IMG/VR virus record: IMGVR_UViG_3300045919_000302
Location: 85,292 to 149,291 of that record
Strand: one strand, 5' to 3'
Source: a virus
Length of the DNA: 64,000 bases
The translations under genes were made by a program, and so were the position numbers. The notes under the pieces are model-generated. The model was not told the origin of the DNA. It made no database searches and saw nothing but the letters and a program-made list of their open reading frames with translations. Below are positions 45,548-56,410 of the stretch, piece by piece (within the stretch, counting starts at the first letter, position 1; each line of letters begins with the position of its first letter).

Positions 45548-48286
45548 TTATTTATATGTAACCGTCATCACAAGCGACGAGCTTCCATTGACCACAGTCA
45601 ACCCGGTAGTGAAGTTAACTCCGCCGTAGTCCATGCAGGAGCCCACGAAACCTGCCGTGCTGGTGCCCGTGGTGAGGTCAACGATCTTATTCCCCGATCC
45701 AGCGGTATTATCGTAGAACGCTGCGCTCAACCCAGCCGCAGCCTTAGTCACGCAGATCCTATAAAGCAGTCCGGGGCCGCTTTTAATCGTTGTGGTCGCG
45801 GCAGAATTGATCAGAGCGTGCAGCGTATTATCCGCGTTGCTTGTAAGGATGAAAGACGGCGTCACCGACGCATTACTTGCAACCGTCGTCGTCCCTGAAG
45901 CGTATGTAGAGACACGGATGCGGACTTGGCTATAACCAAAAACCGGGACCACATAGAGCCCGTTTAAGGTGATGGCGCTTGTGCTTATACCGTCAGCCGT
46001 ATAGGCCGTGACCGCCTTCCAGTTCAGGTCACCGTTTTGTGCTTCGACCGTGAGTTGGTTAGTCCCGATGCTCTGCACGTTGAAAGACACGGACGCTTTG
46101 CCGTTCGTGTTAGTAGTTAATGCCGCATTGAGCGCGGCAAGCGTCCCTAAGTAGCTCAGGTCTTGTCCGTAGTTTCCAGTCACCCCAGCGTCCCAGCTTG
46201 AAGTGGAAATCTGGAGGTTAGTCGCGTCCGAGTTGGACTTCACCACTTCAGCCGTGATTGGGAGCGCGGTGCTATAGGTGTGCGGGTTGACCGACGTATT
46301 GGGGTAGCGGATTGAGTGGAACGTGATCCACCGACCATCGGGTGAGAGGATTTCAAACTTGATCGGGGCAACGCCCAGCCAACCGTAGCGGATGCGGTAG
46401 ATGTTTTTCTTCGTCTTGTCGAGCGCCTCAGCAACGCCCCCGCGCTGAAACATACTTGTGGCGGTTCCGGTCAGGGTATCGCCATTGAAAGAGGTCTGAG
46501 CGGTGAACGTATCCACGCCGTTCTGCCGCTGGGTGACGCCGAAAGTGGTTCCGACAAAGCCCACGAAAAAACCGTTGCTGGTATCGTAGATCCCGATGGT
46601 TTGAGCGCTATTGGCGTTCGTCGGAGTGGTGAACGCAGCGGTGAACAGGGCATAGAGTTCGTGGCCCGGAGTGTATGACAGGACTGAGTTACTTTGAAGC
46701 TTTGCCGATCCAGTGACGGCAGTAGACCCTGCGAGGGTGGCCGACGCGCTTGCTTGCGTGACGGTAGCGGTGCCTGTCACCGTTGAGGTTACGTCGTTAT
46801 TCACAAGCGCCTGTGAGAAGTCGGCTTGGATTTGTGTGATCCGCTCAGTCCGCACGCCAGCGCCAAAGGTTTCCACATCCACCGGGCTTTCCTCGATGGG
46901 CCTCACTACCAGGGCTTGTTCAGTGCCGCTGGGTGCCGTGGTCAGTGACGCGAGTGGGTTGGCCGACCCATCATAGAGCAACGAACGCGCAACCAAGCCA
47001 TAGTCACTCGATGCCGGTGCTGCGTTCTTCAGTACGAGAGCGCGTCCGTTCGTCCCGTCTGTCCCGCCAACCGTGACGCCATACTGGGAGGCAGTAGAGC
47101 CCGCTTTGAAATTAAATGGGCCGGGCAGCATGGTTTCTGCGGCGGTGGCGATAAGCTGAACCACGGCAGTCCCGCTGGAAATCGTGGTCGGGGTCACGCA
47201 CACGGCCTCGACTCCTACCAGGGGGGAGAAGTTGACCGTCGTGTTGGCCGCAGTGGTCGAGAAAAATTGGTTGAGCGCGGGTGTATAGGTGGACTGGTTT
47301 GAGCACGTCGTGCCGTCATAGGACACGCCCCAGGTGAGCGACCCGGCCCATGTTCCGGTGACAACCCCGATTGCGCCTTTGCGTCCACTTAATGCGAGAA
47401 GACTAGGAGTTGCACTGCTCGCGCTGAAGCTCAAGATCGATGATGCATTGGTCTGGTAAACTGGAAGATCGGTCTGATCCGACGCGATCGTCACTGGCTG
47501 TGACCCTGACATCGTGTTTTTACCGAGTGCCGGTGTTTTAGTGTCAATCGAGCTGAGTGAGCTGTTGCCTGTGGTTTGGAGTGCAGAGGTCGCAGCTCCA
47601 GTTGGCAGCGAGATCGTTCCCGAGATGTTATTCAGGTTCCAGGTCCCCGACTGAACGGATGCCACTGAGTCAGTTCCGCTTGCAAGGCTCCAAGTACGTC
47701 CGAACGTCCAGGTTCCACCCTGGTTGGCCGTCACTGTTCCGGAGACGCTCCAAGGTCCGCCCGTCTGTCCGACGTATCCACTGATCGCCTGGACGGAAGG
47801 GAAATTAGTCACGGATACGGGGCCTGATACCGCTACCGCACCGCTGACGTTCTGCGTGGATGGAAAGTTGGATACAGAGACAGATCCGCTGATTGTGGAC
47901 GCTCCAGTGATCGCAACGGTACCCGTGACCGCTACCGAGTCAGTAATGCTAGATAGTGTCCATGTCCGGCCCACCGAGTTCGTACCCGTGAGGCCGACGT
48001 ATCCGCTCACTCCCTGGATCGTTGGGAATGTGACGCTCACCGGCCCAGAAACAGCGACCGCGCCTGACACGTTTTGAGTCGCGGGGAAGTTCGACACGGA
48101 CAACGATCCGGCAACCGTGGTGGTGCCGGTGGGTGAAAGGTAGCCGGTGACGGCCCATGGAGCACCCGACTGACCCACATAGCCCTGCACGGTGACTGGT
48201 CCACTAATCGCAATCACTCTCGCAGGAACTGTGTCGGCACTGGCAAACGTGGATAGCAAGAATAAGAATAAAATCCATTTCATCAT
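45548..48286 (-). CDS. fibre/adhesin-like protein with N-terminal signal peptide
   Basis: S/T/G/V-rich repeats (VSNFPxTQNVSGAVAVSG), C-terminal beta domains; MMKWILFLFLLSTFASA. Confidence 0.7.
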   Translation of the reverse strand: MMKWILFLFLLSTFASADTVPARVIAISGPVTVQGYVGQSGAPWAVTGYLSPTGTTTVAGSLSVSNFPATQNVSGAVAVSGPVSVTFPTIQGVSGYVGLTGTNSVGRTWTLSSITDSVAVTGTVAITGASTISGSVSVSNFPSTQNVSGAVAVSGPVSVTNFPSVQAISGYVGQTGGPWSVSGTVTANQGGTWTFGRTWSLASGTDSVASVQSGTWNLNNISGTISLPTGAATSALQTTGNSSLSSIDTKTPALGKNTMSGSQPVTIASDQTDLPVYQTNASSILSFSASSATPSLLALSGRKGAIGVVTGTWAGSLTWGVSYDGTTCSNQSTYTPALNQFFSTTAANTTVNFSPLVGVEAVCVTPTTISSGTAVVQLIATAAETMLPGPFNFKAGSTASQYGVTVGGTDGTNGRALVLKNAAPASSDYGLVARSLLYDGSANPLASLTTAPSGTEQALVVRPIEESPVDVETFGAGVRTERITQIQADFSQALVNNDVTSTVTGTATVTQASASATLAGSTAVTGSAKLQSNSVLSYTPGHELYALFTAAFTTPTNANSAQTIGIYDTSNGFFVGFVGTTFGVTQRQNGVDTFTAQTSFNGDTLTGTATSMFQRGGVAEALDKTKKNIYRIRYGWLGVAPIKFEILSPDGRWITFHSIRYPNTSVNPHTYSTALPITAEVVKSNSDATNLQISTSSWDAGVTGNYGQDLSYLGTLAALNAALTTNTNGKASVSFNVQSIGTNQLTVEAQNGDLNWKAVTAYTADGISTSAITLNGLYVVPVFGYSQVRIRVSTYASGTTTVASNASVTPSFILTSNADNTLHALINSAATTTIKSGPGLLYRICVTKAAAGLSAAFYDNTAGSGNKIVDLTTGTSTAGFVGSCMDYGGVNFTTGLTVVNGSSSLVMTVTYK

Positions 48287-48957
48287 CAGTACCTGATCAT
48301 CTTCGTGACGACGAGAGAGGGCTGCATGTTGAAGTGGGCAGATCCGGAGGCCCCACTCAAACCACCGTTCACCGAGCCAACGGTAAGAAGATGGTCATGA
48401 CCGCCCTCTGCCAGGCCAGCGGGCATGTTGGCACTGGGTCCGGTTGGCACATCCCCGGTTGCAGTGACACGAAATCCATTATCGCCATGGCCATAACTCC
48501 CGTCAGATGTTGCGCCAGTAACCTTTCCGCTTACCGTATGAACATGTGACCCATCACTGGCCTGACTAATGCTGTGGCCGTGATCCCGCACTCCGGACTC
48601 GCCTGCGGTTAATGCATGCGTCTGTTCACCTACTGTTTTTCCACGGGTGAGAGGTGTGGTACCAGGAGAAGGTCCGAAGGTTGAGTCATTATTCGACCCG
48701 GGAGCCCCATCGCCAACGGTTGTGCGACCACGACAGTTCGGAACCTTAAAATCGGTGATCCCGGTTCCACCATAGGTGGTTCCTATCGTGTCCCAAAGCT
48801 TTTTGAACTTCGGTAAAGCGGTCGCATTGAGAGAGCCGGTGCCGGCTCCGCTTCCATCGCCCCCATCGCAAACGAGGAACGAATCAGGAATGGTTCCTCC
48901 GCCGTAATCTTTCATGGTGCCAGGAGGGCAGTCTGAACTGTAAACTTTAAACGCCAT
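48286..48957 (-). CDS. phage tail collar domain protein
   Basis: PPGTMKDYGG...FLVCDG...IGTTYGG...FKVPNCRGR...HFNMQPSLV. Confidence 0.85.
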   Translation of the reverse strand: MAFKVYSSDCPPGTMKDYGGGTIPDSFLVCDGGDGSGAGTGSLNATALPKFKKLWDTIGTTYGGTGITDFKVPNCRGRTTVGDGAPGSNNDSTFGPSPGTTPLTRGKTVGEQTHALTAGESGVRDHGHSISQASDGSHVHTVSGKVTGATSDGSYGHGDNGFRVTATGDVPTGPSANMPAGLAEGGHDHLLTVGSVNGGLSGASGSAHFNMQPSLVVTKMIRY

Positions 48958-48958
48958 A

Positions 48959-49990
48959 TCAAACCTCCTCGATCACTTCGAATCGATTTCCGATTCCGAA
49001 TGGAGTGAACGTCCCTTGGACCCAGACTCGAAAGAATCCACCGTTTCCAGTCCCTGTCAGATTCCCCAGAATCTTCATGCTGGATACGTCGAAACCATCT
49101 GCATTCGCGGCAATGTTCCCGGTCAGTACGGCGTTTCTGCCCTTTCCGGTAACCTTCACGTCCTGCTTTGAAACCGTCAGGTTTCCGGTCACCGCTCCAA
49201 GGAAAAGAATGGATCCACCACCAGAGGGTAGTGCGTCGTGCGCGGCCTGGAGAGAGGAGTGGGTGGCTTGCCCGGCTGTCACCTGGGTTGCGGTTCCAAC
49301 TACGAAGTCGTAACCACTCTTGATCACGTTCGCGGTCACAGTGGAGGTGAGAGATGCGACAGAGGCGTAGAGGGCGACGATGTCCTGCATGCTTTGCGCG
49401 GACATGAAGCCTGACTTTTGGATCGTCGCCAAAGGCGTAGAGCGTGGATACGAGGGGTCTGCGTATCCGAAGTTCCCACCGCTGAGTGCGGTCAGGGAGC
49501 TGACCGGAACGTCGATGTACCCCACCACGAGCAGGTGTGGGTTGAGATCCAGCTCGGCCGCATTTACGAGCTTGAGAGTCGCAGTCGTCACCTGGCTAAT
49601 CGTGTACTGTGTGTCGATCGCGACGTACACTCTCTGGCCTTCCCGCCCGGTCGCGTCCAGGTGAAATCCAGGAGCAGTAGGGGGAATTGCGACGGTAGTG
49701 GAAACTCCGTTCACATCTTGATGGATGGCGACAGAGTGGCCGCGAGCCTCGTCGAAATTTCCAGATACGAAGCCACCCGTAACTCCCGTTCCAAATCCTC
49801 CAGACACAAAGGATCCAGAGACAAGAACGTCTCGGGTGCTAAGTCCGCCTGGCCCGATCGAAAATCCGGAGTAGATCCCTTTTGGGATCGCGCCGAACAA
49901 CTTCTTGTTCAAGCCATTCGAAACGTAGGGCTCTTCCCACCGGACCTTCACATACTCAAAATTGATGTCGGCTGAGCTGAAAACGGCCAC
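48959..49990 (-). CDS. tail fibre/baseplate-associated protein
   Basis: Position; ATIQKSGFMSA motif; beta-helix-like C-terminus. Confidence 0.6.
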   Translation of the reverse strand: MAVFSSADINFEYVKVRWEEPYVSNGLNKKLFGAIPKGIYSGFSIGPGGLSTRDVLVSGSFVSGGFGTGVTGGFVSGNFDEARGHSVAIHQDVNGVSTTVAIPPTAPGFHLDATGREGQRVYVAIDTQYTISQVTTATLKLVNAAELDLNPHLLVVGYIDVPVSSLTALSGGNFGYADPSYPRSTPLATIQKSGFMSAQSMQDIVALYASVASLTSTVTANVIKSGYDFVVGTATQVTAGQATHSSLQAAHDALPSGGGSILFLGAVTGNLTVSKQDVKVTGKGRNAVLTGNIAANADGFDVSSMKILGNLTGTGNGGFFRVWVQGTFTPFGIGNRFEVIEEV

Positions 49991-49999
49991 GATTCACCC

Positions 50000-50509
50000 T
50001 TAGAAGTTGACGTTCACCAAAGAGTTGAGAGCCTTGGCATTGAGCTTCGTTTCCGCAGGAAACGTGCCGTAAGCGATCATGACGTCGTTGGCGTCGAACA
50101 CCCCAATCTCAAAAAAGATCGGGGGAGAGACGAACGTCGGAGAAGACAGTTTAGGCCCATCCACATTGACGGCGGTATTTGGCTCAATGAACGAGTCCCC
50201 GTTTGCATCCGGGAGGTCTAAAAAACATCGGAACTGAATGGTCCCTGGATTGATGAAGAAAATATCCGGAGACTGGAAGGTCTTGCGGTACCAAAAAACA
50301 CCACTCGTTCCAGACACCGACTGAATATCGGTGAAGGCCGCATTCGGAGGAATCGGCTGATCCTGCCCACTGACGGACTGGTGCATCGCTGTGCCGATTT
50401 TGAAGTACTTCCCGTAAGACCATTGAAACGGACCGCTCGGCCCGCCAAAGGACTTCGCCAGAGCGGCTCTGCCACCGTTAGTCAAGACTGCCTGAATCAC
50501 ATTGGCCAA
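50000..50509 (-). CDS. tail fibre attachment protein (DUF3751-like)
   Basis: VLTNGGRAALA...EIGVFDANDVMIAYGTFP. Confidence 0.7.
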   Translation of the reverse strand: MANVIQAVLTNGGRAALAKSFGGPSGPFQWSYGKYFKIGTAMHQSVSGQDQPIPPNAAFTDIQSVSGTSGVFWYRKTFQSPDIFFINPGTIQFRCFLDLPDANGDSFIEPNTAVNVDGPKLSSPTFVSPPIFFEIGVFDANDVMIAYGTFPAETKLNAKALNSLVNVNF

Positions 50510-50613
50510 ACGAACTCTCCTTCAACTGTTTGTGCTCAGTTTAAGCGTACCTCTTGCACAGTTCAAGATCCAACTCTGTTCTGATCTCAGTACGTTTCGT
50601 ATTCTATCTCGTA

Positions 50614-52371
50614 TCACTGAGGAGCGATATCGGTGGATCCGGTGGATCCAGAAGATCCAGAAGATCCGGCAGTGGCCGTACCAAACGTGTTCTGACCGGC
50701 CGTCCCGCCGACGCCACCAGTGCCAGCGGCAACGGCGAACACAATGGAATCAGTCCTGCTGACGTACCGAAGTACAACCTTGCCGCCGCTACCTCCCGCC
50801 GCTCCGCCGCCCCCGCCGCTAGAGCTTCCGCCGATCAGACCGCTGGGCCCATTGCCCCCGCCGCCGCCCGCGCCGCCCGAGACGTCAACCAGGCCGGATC
50901 CAGAAAGATTCCCCAGAACACTGAGGTAGATCCCCTGGCCGTGGCGACCGCGACTCCCACCGCCTCCGCCGTAATAATGGGGGCCGCCGCCACCCGCGCC
51001 ACCAGTGCCTGCATAAACGTTTGCGCCAATCCCAACAACGAGACCGGTCCCCGGTCCGCCGTTTCCACCTTTGCTCGTGATCGCGGCAACGCCCGCTCCG
51101 AATGCGCCAGCTCCACCGCCGCCGTTACCAAAGGCAGAGGCCCCGCCCACCTGAGGAGAGAGACCAGTTCCGCCATTGCCGCCAACACCGCCGGCAGCCT
51201 GAGCAATCAGATAAGAAAGAGAGCGCCCATCCGGGGCGGTTGCGGTAAAAGTTCCGCCCGTATGTTCTCCGTTCTTGGCGAGAATAGACCCATCAATCAC
51301 GCAATTCCCAAGACATCCGATGATCGTCCAGGGAGAACCGCTACCGGAGTTGTCGATGATCAGAGATGCCCCAGCTGCGATGTTGATCGATGAGTAATTC
51401 TTTACCGACCCGGCAGGAAGCGTTACAGATCCGCTTGGAACATTCAGGGGACCATCCGTCCCGGTCGGCCATGCATAAGTCACCAACTGAGAAATTCCAA
51501 CACTGATTCCACCACTATCAACAGGGATAGTATCCGCAGGCGTAAGATCGAACAGTGTGGACTCGTTCGCATTAAATCCAGACTGCTCGTACTGAGTCAT
51601 CGATACCGACTCACCTACGTGAACATTCATCTCAATCAAAAATTGAGGCGGAAGCAGCTCATGATGGATTGCAGCCACGTCAAAGATTTTTGCGATCACC
51701 AGATCAAGAAGCTTGTTGTAATCGACGAAGTCGCGTCTCGGCTCGGCCACCGTGAATACCACGGTGATGTACGACGCCTTGGCGTAGGTTGGGTCCTCAG
51801 TAAGCGGAGTTCCAAGATAAGTTCCAGGGGGTACGTCCGTATGAAGAACCCTGATCGCAGAAGCGTCCGCGCTCTTAGGCTTGAGCATGAAGGTGTGCCG
51901 GGCGGGGATGAACGACAAATAAGATGGATCTATCCGCCAGTAGTTTGTAATAGCGACATCAAAACCAGAAGCCAGGCCGCGAACGCGATATCCCTGACGG
52001 CTCGACTTAATCTGAAGCCATTGACTTGCATTACCCAGCAATGACCGCTGAAGGAATTCGGGATCGTTTTTGTCGATATCCAGACCAAGCATCTCACCGA
52101 GAAGCCTGACGACATCGAGAGATGCCGACTCGTAGTCGATGATCAACGGAAGACGCTCGATCTCCATCTTTCGCTGGAGCACAGAATTGGCGTAGACGTC
52201 TAGAAACTTGAGTAACGGATCCTTGTTATTGTTCTTGATCGTCTCCCCAGATTCTAAAACCAGAGAGTCGTCAAAATACTCTTCAGGAAAAGGCTCGATG
52301 ATCAGATCGCGACCAATGTCGGCTCTGCCGAACGGACCGAGACCAAATCTGGATCTGCCAAAACCGGACAT
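50614..52371 (-). CDS. baseplate wedge (P2 gpI/gp7-like) protein with Gly-rich C-terminus
   Basis: LLKFLD...LLGEMLG...; Gly-rich tail; position after gp6/J. Confidence 0.65.
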   Translation of the reverse strand: MSGFGRSRFGLGPFGRADIGRDLIIEPFPEEYFDDSLVLESGETIKNNNKDPLLKFLDVYANSVLQRKMEIERLPLIIDYESASLDVVRLLGEMLGLDIDKNDPEFLQRSLLGNASQWLQIKSSRQGYRVRGLASGFDVAITNYWRIDPSYLSFIPARHTFMLKPKSADASAIRVLHTDVPPGTYLGTPLTEDPTYAKASYITVVFTVAEPRRDFVDYNKLLDLVIAKIFDVAAIHHELLPPQFLIEMNVHVGESVSMTQYEQSGFNANESTLFDLTPADTIPVDSGGISVGISQLVTYAWPTGTDGPLNVPSGSVTLPAGSVKNYSSINIAAGASLIIDNSGSGSPWTIIGCLGNCVIDGSILAKNGEHTGGTFTATAPDGRSLSYLIAQAAGGVGGNGGTGLSPQVGGASAFGNGGGGAGAFGAGVAAITSKGGNGGPGTGLVVGIGANVYAGTGGAGGGGPHYYGGGGGSRGRHGQGIYLSVLGNLSGSGLVDVSGGAGGGGGNGPSGLIGGSSSGGGGGAAGGSGGKVVLRYVSRTDSIVFAVAAGTGGVGGTAGQNTFGTATAGSSGSSGSTGSTDIAPQ

Positions 52372-52452
52372 TACGTGTTCCCATCCATGAGGTGATGATC
52401 AACTAATGTCTTCATCATTATCCGCATCATATTCTAAGACCGCCCTATAGGG

Positions 52453-55400
52453 TCAGGGTTGATAATAACGCATGCATGCCTTCGCGCCGGTCGGCGCAGA
52501 GTAAAGTGCGACTCCCAATTTAACATCATTCGCCGGGTCGCGCTTCTTCAGTTGTCCGCCCGTATCGCCAGTCATGGCGTCGCCTTTCACGACGCTTGTC
52601 GTAGTGAAAGAACACGCGCCACCCGACAAGCTGACCAAGGCATTTCCACCCACCACATCCATCAGAATACCTAGCGCGGTATTGGAAGAAAAAGCCGGAA
52701 TGGCGTTAGAGCCAGTTGAAACCGTAGTAACGCTCGACCCGCCAGCTGGCACGTTGTTGAATACCAACGTTGCGGAAGGGTTTGCGCCAACAGTGTTGTG
52801 GGACAGATTGACGACGTTAGCGGAAGATGACGCAGTCCACCCGGTAAACGCGGACGACATAGCACCAGCTAGAGCCGCAGCATCAAGCGATGTACTTGCT
52901 CCGGGCGTCCAGCTCGGTCCAACGGTAACTGTAAAAGGACTTCCAGCATCAATAGGTGAGGTTAACGTGTACGCCGTCGCCGGAGTCGAAATGACAACCG
53001 TGGCGGAGGTGAGTGATATCCCGGTTTCGTAACTCGCTGCGATCGGATGTAGGTTCAGACCGGCTGGGCTTTGTGACGATGTGTAAACCGTCGCACCATT
53101 GACGGAATAGACGACATTAGTGCCATCGCTAGCCACTGATACAACATCACCCGGTGCGACAGGCACGCCCGGTGAGGTGATAAACGTGCCTTGTTCGTAG
53201 ATTCGGTAAGACGTGGGAGCGCCGTCAGTAGAAATCGCAAAGTGGATGGCGGTATAGGACGCTGGCGTCAGGACTTCGCTAAGCCCCAGCATCGTTGAAA
53301 AACCTGTTGGGACGACTCCGCTTACAGAAATCACGCCCGTTGTGGACGCATTTGAATACGCGAGCGAGTCCCATCCTCCTGGTGAGGTTTTGGTCAACTC
53401 AGAGCCGGAAGCTGTAAAGTTTGTTAAATTATCCCATGACACAGGTCCGGACGACGACCCCCCTAGCGTACTGACCTGATTTACCGTTATTGAAAAACTG
53501 GCCGCAGTGCCGGTTACGGCTGGCGTGGGCGCGTATACATCCGCGAACCCGCCTTGTTCCATCATCAGCTTTCCGATATCGGCTGTGGTGACACCAGTGG
53601 CTGCTGGCACCGCATAGGTTGCAGATGCGGTCACCGATTGTTTGTTGGCAGCGTCATTGGGATTTACTGGGTCGGCAACCCCGGTGATAGGTATAGGGCT
53701 TCCGTCTCCGTTACCACCCAAGTCCAGACGATTAGTGTGCAAAGTCATTGAACTAAGCGTGACAAGGCTGTTGTTAGCTGCCCTGATAACTACAGAACTC
53801 CCAGTTCCCTTTGATGTCAGATTTAAGCTACTTGCGTGAATAATCTCTGAAGCCCAAATGTCTAAATAGGGTTTTCCACTATTTCCCAGTGACCACGTAT
53901 TGGCTGAGTCCGGAAAAACGTCTTGTGTTTGAAGCGATGAGCCTAAAATGATTGGATCAGAGAAAGTCGTCGCACCGGCACAAGTCCCCCCAAAGCAGCT
54001 AGGCCCTGTAGGTCCAGTGGCACCGCTTTCACCGGTTTGGCCCGTCGCGCCGCTCGCGCCGGTCTGGCCCGTTTGACCGCTTGCACCGGCCCCAGTAGGG
54101 CCAGTCTCTCCGGTGGCCCCGGTTTGTCCGGTCTGACCAGAAGCGCCGGTCTGGCCGGTTGCACCAGCTCCGGTGGGCCCGATGTTTCCGGGGGCACCCT
54201 GATCTCCGGCCGAAGCAATCGCAGCGCCAGATGTGACTGTGGTGCCTGGCGCGACGTTACTCGGAGTCCCGAGATTCTTCACGCTGATGTGTGTGCCGTC
54301 CGTAATGGAATTCAGAAGGTAGTATCCACCTCCTTGAATGAAAATGGTTTGCCCAGCGCTCATCCAGGCGGATCCGCCATTCAAGCCGGTCAGAACGATC
54401 CCGATGTTGGAGTTCACCGCAGGCTGGGTGAAGCTAATGCCAAGGGCCGACCACGCCGATTGCCCGGCGGCACCCGCAGCACCAGGGAGACCGTCATTTC
54501 CAGATGCCCCGGTGGCACCGGTTTGGCCGGTGGATCCAGCGCCGCTTGCGCCAGTAGCTCCGGTCGCTCCTGTAGTCCCGCTCGCGCCAGTCTGCCCTGT
54601 AGATCCGGCACCAGAGGCCCCAGTCGCCCCGGAAGCGCCAGAAGCTCCGGTTTGTCCGGTTTGTCCTGTCGCGCCTGCGCCTGTTGCACCCGTTGCGCCA
54701 GTTTCTCCGGATGCTCCGGTAGCTCCAGACCCAGTTGGCCCAGTCTGACCAGAGGCCCCAGTTTGTCCGGAAGCTCCAGTTTGACCAGAAGCCCCAGAAG
54801 CGCCGATTGCTCCGTCAGCTCCAGAGGCACCAGTTTGGCCAGAAGCTCCGGTTTGACCAGAGGCTCCAGTTTGGCCAGAAGCTCCGGTAGGCCCAGTGAT
54901 CGCGGCTCTCGTGTCCACGTAGTTTTTAGTTGCGGCATCTTGCGGCCCTGTCGGATCAGTAATTCCGTGAATTGTTCCTGATCCTCCAAAATCAATGGAT
55001 CCCCCGTAAGGTTGATTCGCCCCCGTGCTGTTGAGCTTTGAGGAAAGAGCAGAGTCTACATAGGTCTTACGAACAGCGTCTCCAGTGCCAATTGGAGCTG
55101 GAAGATTTCTGATTTTAAATCCAGAATTCATATCGATGTCGCCAGACATCGTTCCGCCACTCAGAGGTAGGTAATCTTGCGCGAGACCCAGGGAAGATCC
55201 ATTGAAAGATAACCCGGTGCCAGCGGCCACAACCGTTCCGTCAGCGCCAGAAGCGCCCGTAGCGCCGGTAGATCCAGAGCCGCCAGTAGCGCCCGTCTGT
55301 CCAGTATTGCCGGTGGACCCAGCCCCAGTAGGACCGGTAGCGCCGGAATTACCCGTGCCGCCCGTAACCCCAGTATTCCCGGTAGACCCAGTGCTGCCGG

Positions 55401-55707
55401 GGCTTCCATTCAGTCCATTCGAGCCTCCGGCCCCAGTAGAGCCAGTGGCTCCAGAGGCTCCGGTAGAGCCAGTCGCACCAGTGCCCCCTCCACCGCCAGC
55501 TCCGAGATCCGCAGGTCCGCTGACACCCTGAACTCGTGGGCGCTGGGTCGTCGTATTGTACCAGATCCGTCCAGTGGCCGGACTCACGGGATCTGAAGCG
55601 AGATTCTCTAGTTGAGCTTTTTCAAGTTCACCGTAAATCTTCACCGCCCAGGCGTGAGTTGGTTGCAGGAAGGCAAGAAGGGCGATGTAAAATGCAGCGC
55701 GTTTCAT
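52453..55707 (-). CDS. collagen-like fibre protein with N-terminal signal peptide
   Basis: G-X-T/S triplets, [20 protein letters not shown]; [21 protein letters not shown]. Confidence 0.8.
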   Translation of the reverse strand: MKRAAFYIALLAFLQPTHAWAVKIYGELEKAQLENLASDPVSPATGRIWYNTTTQRPRVQGVSGPADLGAGGGGGTGATGSTGASGATGSTGAGGSNGLNGSPGSTGSTGNTGVTGGTGNSGATGPTGAGSTGNTGQTGATGGSGSTGATGASGADGTVVAAGTGLSFNGSSLGLAQDYLPLSGGTMSGDIDMNSGFKIRNLPAPIGTGDAVRKTYVDSALSSKLNSTGANQPYGGSIDFGGSGTIHGITDPTGPQDAATKNYVDTRAAITGPTGASGQTGASGQTGASGQTGASGADGAIGASGASGQTGASGQTGASGQTGPTGSGATGASGETGATGATGAGATGQTGQTGASGASGATGASGAGSTGQTGASGTTGATGATGASGAGSTGQTGATGASGNDGLPGAAGAAGQSAWSALGISFTQPAVNSNIGIVLTGLNGGSAWMSAGQTIFIQGGGYYLLNSITDGTHISVKNLGTPSNVAPGTTVTSGAAIASAGDQGAPGNIGPTGAGATGQTGASGQTGQTGATGETGPTGAGASGQTGQTGASGATGQTGESGATGPTGPSCFGGTCAGATTFSDPIILGSSLQTQDVFPDSANTWSLGNSGKPYLDIWASEIIHASSLNLTSKGTGSSVVIRAANNSLVTLSSMTLHTNRLDLGGNGDGSPIPITGVADPVNPNDAANKQSVTASATYAVPAATGVTTADIGKLMMEQGGFADVYAPTPAVTGTAASFSITVNQVSTLGGSSSGPVSWDNLTNFTASGSELTKTSPGGWDSLAYSNASTTGVISVSGVVPTGFSTMLGLSEVLTPASYTAIHFAISTDGAPTSYRIYEQGTFITSPGVPVAPGDVVSVASDGTNVVYSVNGATVYTSSQSPAGLNLHPIAASYETGISLTSATVVISTPATAYTLTSPIDAGSPFTVTVGPSWTPGASTSLDAAALAGAMSSAFTGWTASSSANVVNLSHNTVGANPSATLVFNNVPAGGSSVTTVSTGSNAIPAFSSNTALGILMDVVGGNALVSLSGGACSFTTTSVVKGDAMTGDTGGQLKKRDPANDVKLGVALYSAPTGAKACMRYYQP
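54010..55490 (-). repeat. collagen-coding repeats including 18-nt GASGQT units
   Basis: Three G-X-Y blocks; tandem GASGQT at about 54720-54895. Confidence 0.8.
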
Positions 55708-55714
55708 AAATACC

Positions 55715-56398
55715 TCACTGAATTCCGATAAGACGGTAAGACCCAGCCGGAAGGACTGGTGCGATCACCACGGTGTTCGCATTCGGAGTCGTAATGGTTG
55801 CAATGATCTGCTCAAAGTTATTTGACGGATCTTTAATGGCCCAGACAGCTTTCGTTGCATCCGAAACACCCTGGCCGGACACATTAACAATCTGGGAAGG
55901 AAGTCCGGCAAAACTTAGATCGTTCTCATAGCGGCCCTGTCCCTGGGCGATGCCAGAGACAAAGACTTGCGGGAAGTTCCCATAAAAACGATTCCCCCGG
56001 CGAAATCCAACCGTGAAGAGGCCCTGCTGAATTGCCACAGCTCCGCTAACTACGGCAAAATTAGCGTTTACGGTTCCGCCAGATTCGTTCGGAGCCACTA
56101 CCACCAGTCTGTCGCCATCATTCATCACCGCCTGACGATTTATTGCGTCTGGTCCAAATTTGACGAACAGACTAAACCCTGACTTCATAAGTGGAACCTC
56201 GAAATCAGAATTCCAAGTCAGCGTTCCAGTGTTTTGATCCCAAGATACAATCGAGGGTGGAATCACGATATTCGCAGCCGTGTTCAAGAGAGAAAAAACG
56301 GCTGCGTCCTGCTGGGCGTAAAAAGCAGAGATCAAATCAAAGAAGGGGTCCTGATTCTCATCTGGGAAGTTCCATTTTAAAAACCGAGTCTCAAGCAC
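55715..56398 (-). CDS. baseplate/tail protein
   Basis: 227 aa between gp6/J-like and fibre genes. Confidence 0.6.
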   Translation of the reverse strand: MLETRFLKWNFPDENQDPFFDLISAFYAQQDAAVFSLLNTAANIVIPPSIVSWDQNTGTLTWNSDFEVPLMKSGFSLFVKFGPDAINRQAVMNDGDRLVVVAPNESGGTVNANFAVVSGAVAIQQGLFTVGFRRGNRFYGNFPQVFVSGIAQGQGRYENDLSFAGLPSQIVNVSGQGVSDATKAVWAIKDPSNNFEQIIATITTPNANTVVIAPVLPAGSYRLIGIQ

Positions 56399-56410
56399 AA
56401 GTCACCGCCT

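Noticed and set aside
50554-51393. Plus-strand Ala-rich ORF
   Set aside because: Shadow of the Gly-rich C-terminus on the minus strand.
54037-54995. Long alternative-frame and antisense ORFs over the collagen gene
   Set aside because: Stop-poor by-products of G-X-Y repeats with no motifs.
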